Source: Hemiscyllium ocellatum (taxonomy: Eukaryota). From it: 64,000 bases of DNA. The DNA lies in assembly GCF_020745735.1 (NCBI RefSeq), contig NC_083428.1, positions 39,928,001 through 39,992,000 on the forward strand, given 5' to 3'. Shown piece after piece: positions 62,281 to 64,000 of this stretch; positions within the stretch are counted from its first letter, which is position 1, and every line of letters starts with the position of its first letter. The notes under the pieces are model-generated. The model saw only the letters and a list, made by a program, of their open reading frames with translations, was not told the origin of the DNA and made no database searches. Position numbers and translations under genes: made by a program.

Positions 62281-64000
62281 ATAAAACAAAGGGTCAATAC
62301 AGTAAACAGTCCATGGCCTTCACTGGGGTCAACTGGACAGTTAATGGGAACCTGGACATAGCAAAATGATTACTGAATGTGCTGCCTAAATTGGTGGTTG
62401 AAATTTCAACATTAACTTGAAAAAGGAGAAGCTTGCAGTGGCATTGGGCTAACTGGTTTGCCTTTGAGTTGACACAGGCTCAATAGCCTATATTGCATAA
62501 TTCTATGATTTGTGAAAGGATATCAAAGATGGTGATCAAATGGATTATGAAATAGAGAAAAAGTTTGAAACTCAGAATTTCTCATCTCTGCTGTGATATC
62601 AGGTGAGACACCAATCGAATCCCCAAAGTACAGGCAAACCAAACGGGCTGAGTAAGCATAGAATGCTATCTTGCATCTCCAGTGCATGTTTTAACAGAGT
62701 CATATACACAGCACCTGAGTAGAGTTAAAGGACAGACTTGAGAAATGTAGCACTAATACTTCAAATGACACGTGCAATACTGAGAACGTAAGTTGTCAAC
62801 TTTACTACTTAGTCTATGGTGATTTAGCTAACCACAACCATCTTTAAAAGCTGCCTTGACATCTACAGGAGAAAAAAGGAGAAATCACAGAGGATCTTTC
62901 CCGAATGATTATCTGCTGTCTGCGATGAATTCCACCTGTTCTTGTTTCCAATTATGAATATTGTAACATTCAGGAAATCGGGTGTTCCAACAATTACCAG
63001 GTGACTATATTCAAGCCTGCTGGTCGAAATTTGTTACAAGGCTTTCAACAGATCAAAATTGTTCAAGTAACTAAAAACAGCTCAAAGGATAGGAGTTTCT
63101 GGAGTTGGACACAGTACAACATCATGAGACAAAAGTCTCCATGTTTGAGATTGTTGAGAAAGCAACTGAACTATATGGATTGTGCAGTTGAGGCAAAGGG
63201 AGAAGTTCCAAGAATAACCGAATAATTCTGTGCAATTAACTCAAGAAAGAAAAAGTTCTCAAAGTTAGTTGGTGCAACTGAACAAAATTAAAGCTCAGGA
63301 AAAAAACATTCAGGGACAGTACTGGCTTGATGTCTGCAGTCTGTGAAAAGTTGCAGTATAGTTCCCAGAATTCAAGAGTGTTTAGACCCTGGAAGAGGCA
63401 AAATACCAGAATGCAAGCAGTCATTAAGGCACTTTATGATGGAGTGACTCAACAGAGTTTCAATGCCAATTATTAAAATTGAAACTTCAGAATTCTAATG
63501 TTTTTGAAGAATTGACAACTCATTAACTCTTATAAATCCATGGTAACTGTCTTGATCATATCTGCTATTTGAGATGTTCTGTGGAATGTTCGATCATGGT
63601 TTGCCTGCTACCCATATTTACCTCAAATTAATTCTGGGGATATTAGAAAAACAAGTGTATGGTCGTTGCAGACTGTATTACTATTCCAACATTGTATAGT
63701 AGTTTATGAATCCTCATTTGAAACTGAAATTATGTGGCTTTATTCTCTAAGTGCCTGGGACCCCTCACCTCATCAACATGTTACTTGTACCTAGCCAATT
63801 GCAAATTAAGTTTTGCCATCCTATTTAGGATTGTAACGTGACCTTGCTGAGAAGTATTTATAGATCTTAGGTGAGGATCTATTCTGCTTGGAGAGATCAC
63901 CATTTAAGGGTCAGGCTACTTTGTGGCATTATTAGCTGTTCAACTGAGGTCTACAAATCTAGAACACTGATTCTCATGGCATTATATCACATTGCTGGTA

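Noticed and set aside
62698-62787. AG...GTAAGT-bounded 90-bp candidate exon
   Set aside because: Stop codons in all three frames.
33700-64000. Search for a second or inverted V, J or C segment
   Set aside because: No Ig-like ORF, FGxGT motif next to a heptamer, or properly spaced RSS was seen by eye. A highly decayed pseudogene cannot be excluded.

Overview
Eukaryotic, repeat-dense DNA from a shark. The HE1-type SINEs and CR1 families suggest a carpet/bamboo shark, which is an inference. The only clearly supportable host gene is one intact, germline-unrearranged immunoglobulin light-chain cluster on the + strand: octamer/TATA promoter, leader 19867-19915, V 20014-20340 with 12-RSS, J 20714-20750 with 23-RSS, C 27068-27390, polyA signal 27717. 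The long CDR2 (YYHYSHSAPTYGSGFSSDRF) and V12/J23 RSS orientation indicate the sigma isotype. Most of the rest is transposable elements: CR1 LINEs (one near full length), a near-complete Penelope-like element, Gypsy LTR elements (one fills most of the J-C intron), Harbinger remnants, Rex1, HE1 SINEs and Deu-domain SINEs. Most notable observations: (1) at least six short palindromic Penelope-end insertions from several families, most with hammerhead-ribozyme-like cores (complete, partial or deleted) and four with target-site duplications; (2) a degenerate J-RSS nonamer overlapped by a palindrome; (3) an old duplication (327-1800 vs 32820-33700) with conserved blocks, predicting a neighbouring paralogous cluster; (4) a SINE-headed, 5'-inverted LINE; (5) a 943-bp TGTTA...TAACA element with 145-bp inverted repeats. 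TE boundaries are approximate and family names come from recalled motifs, not database searches.
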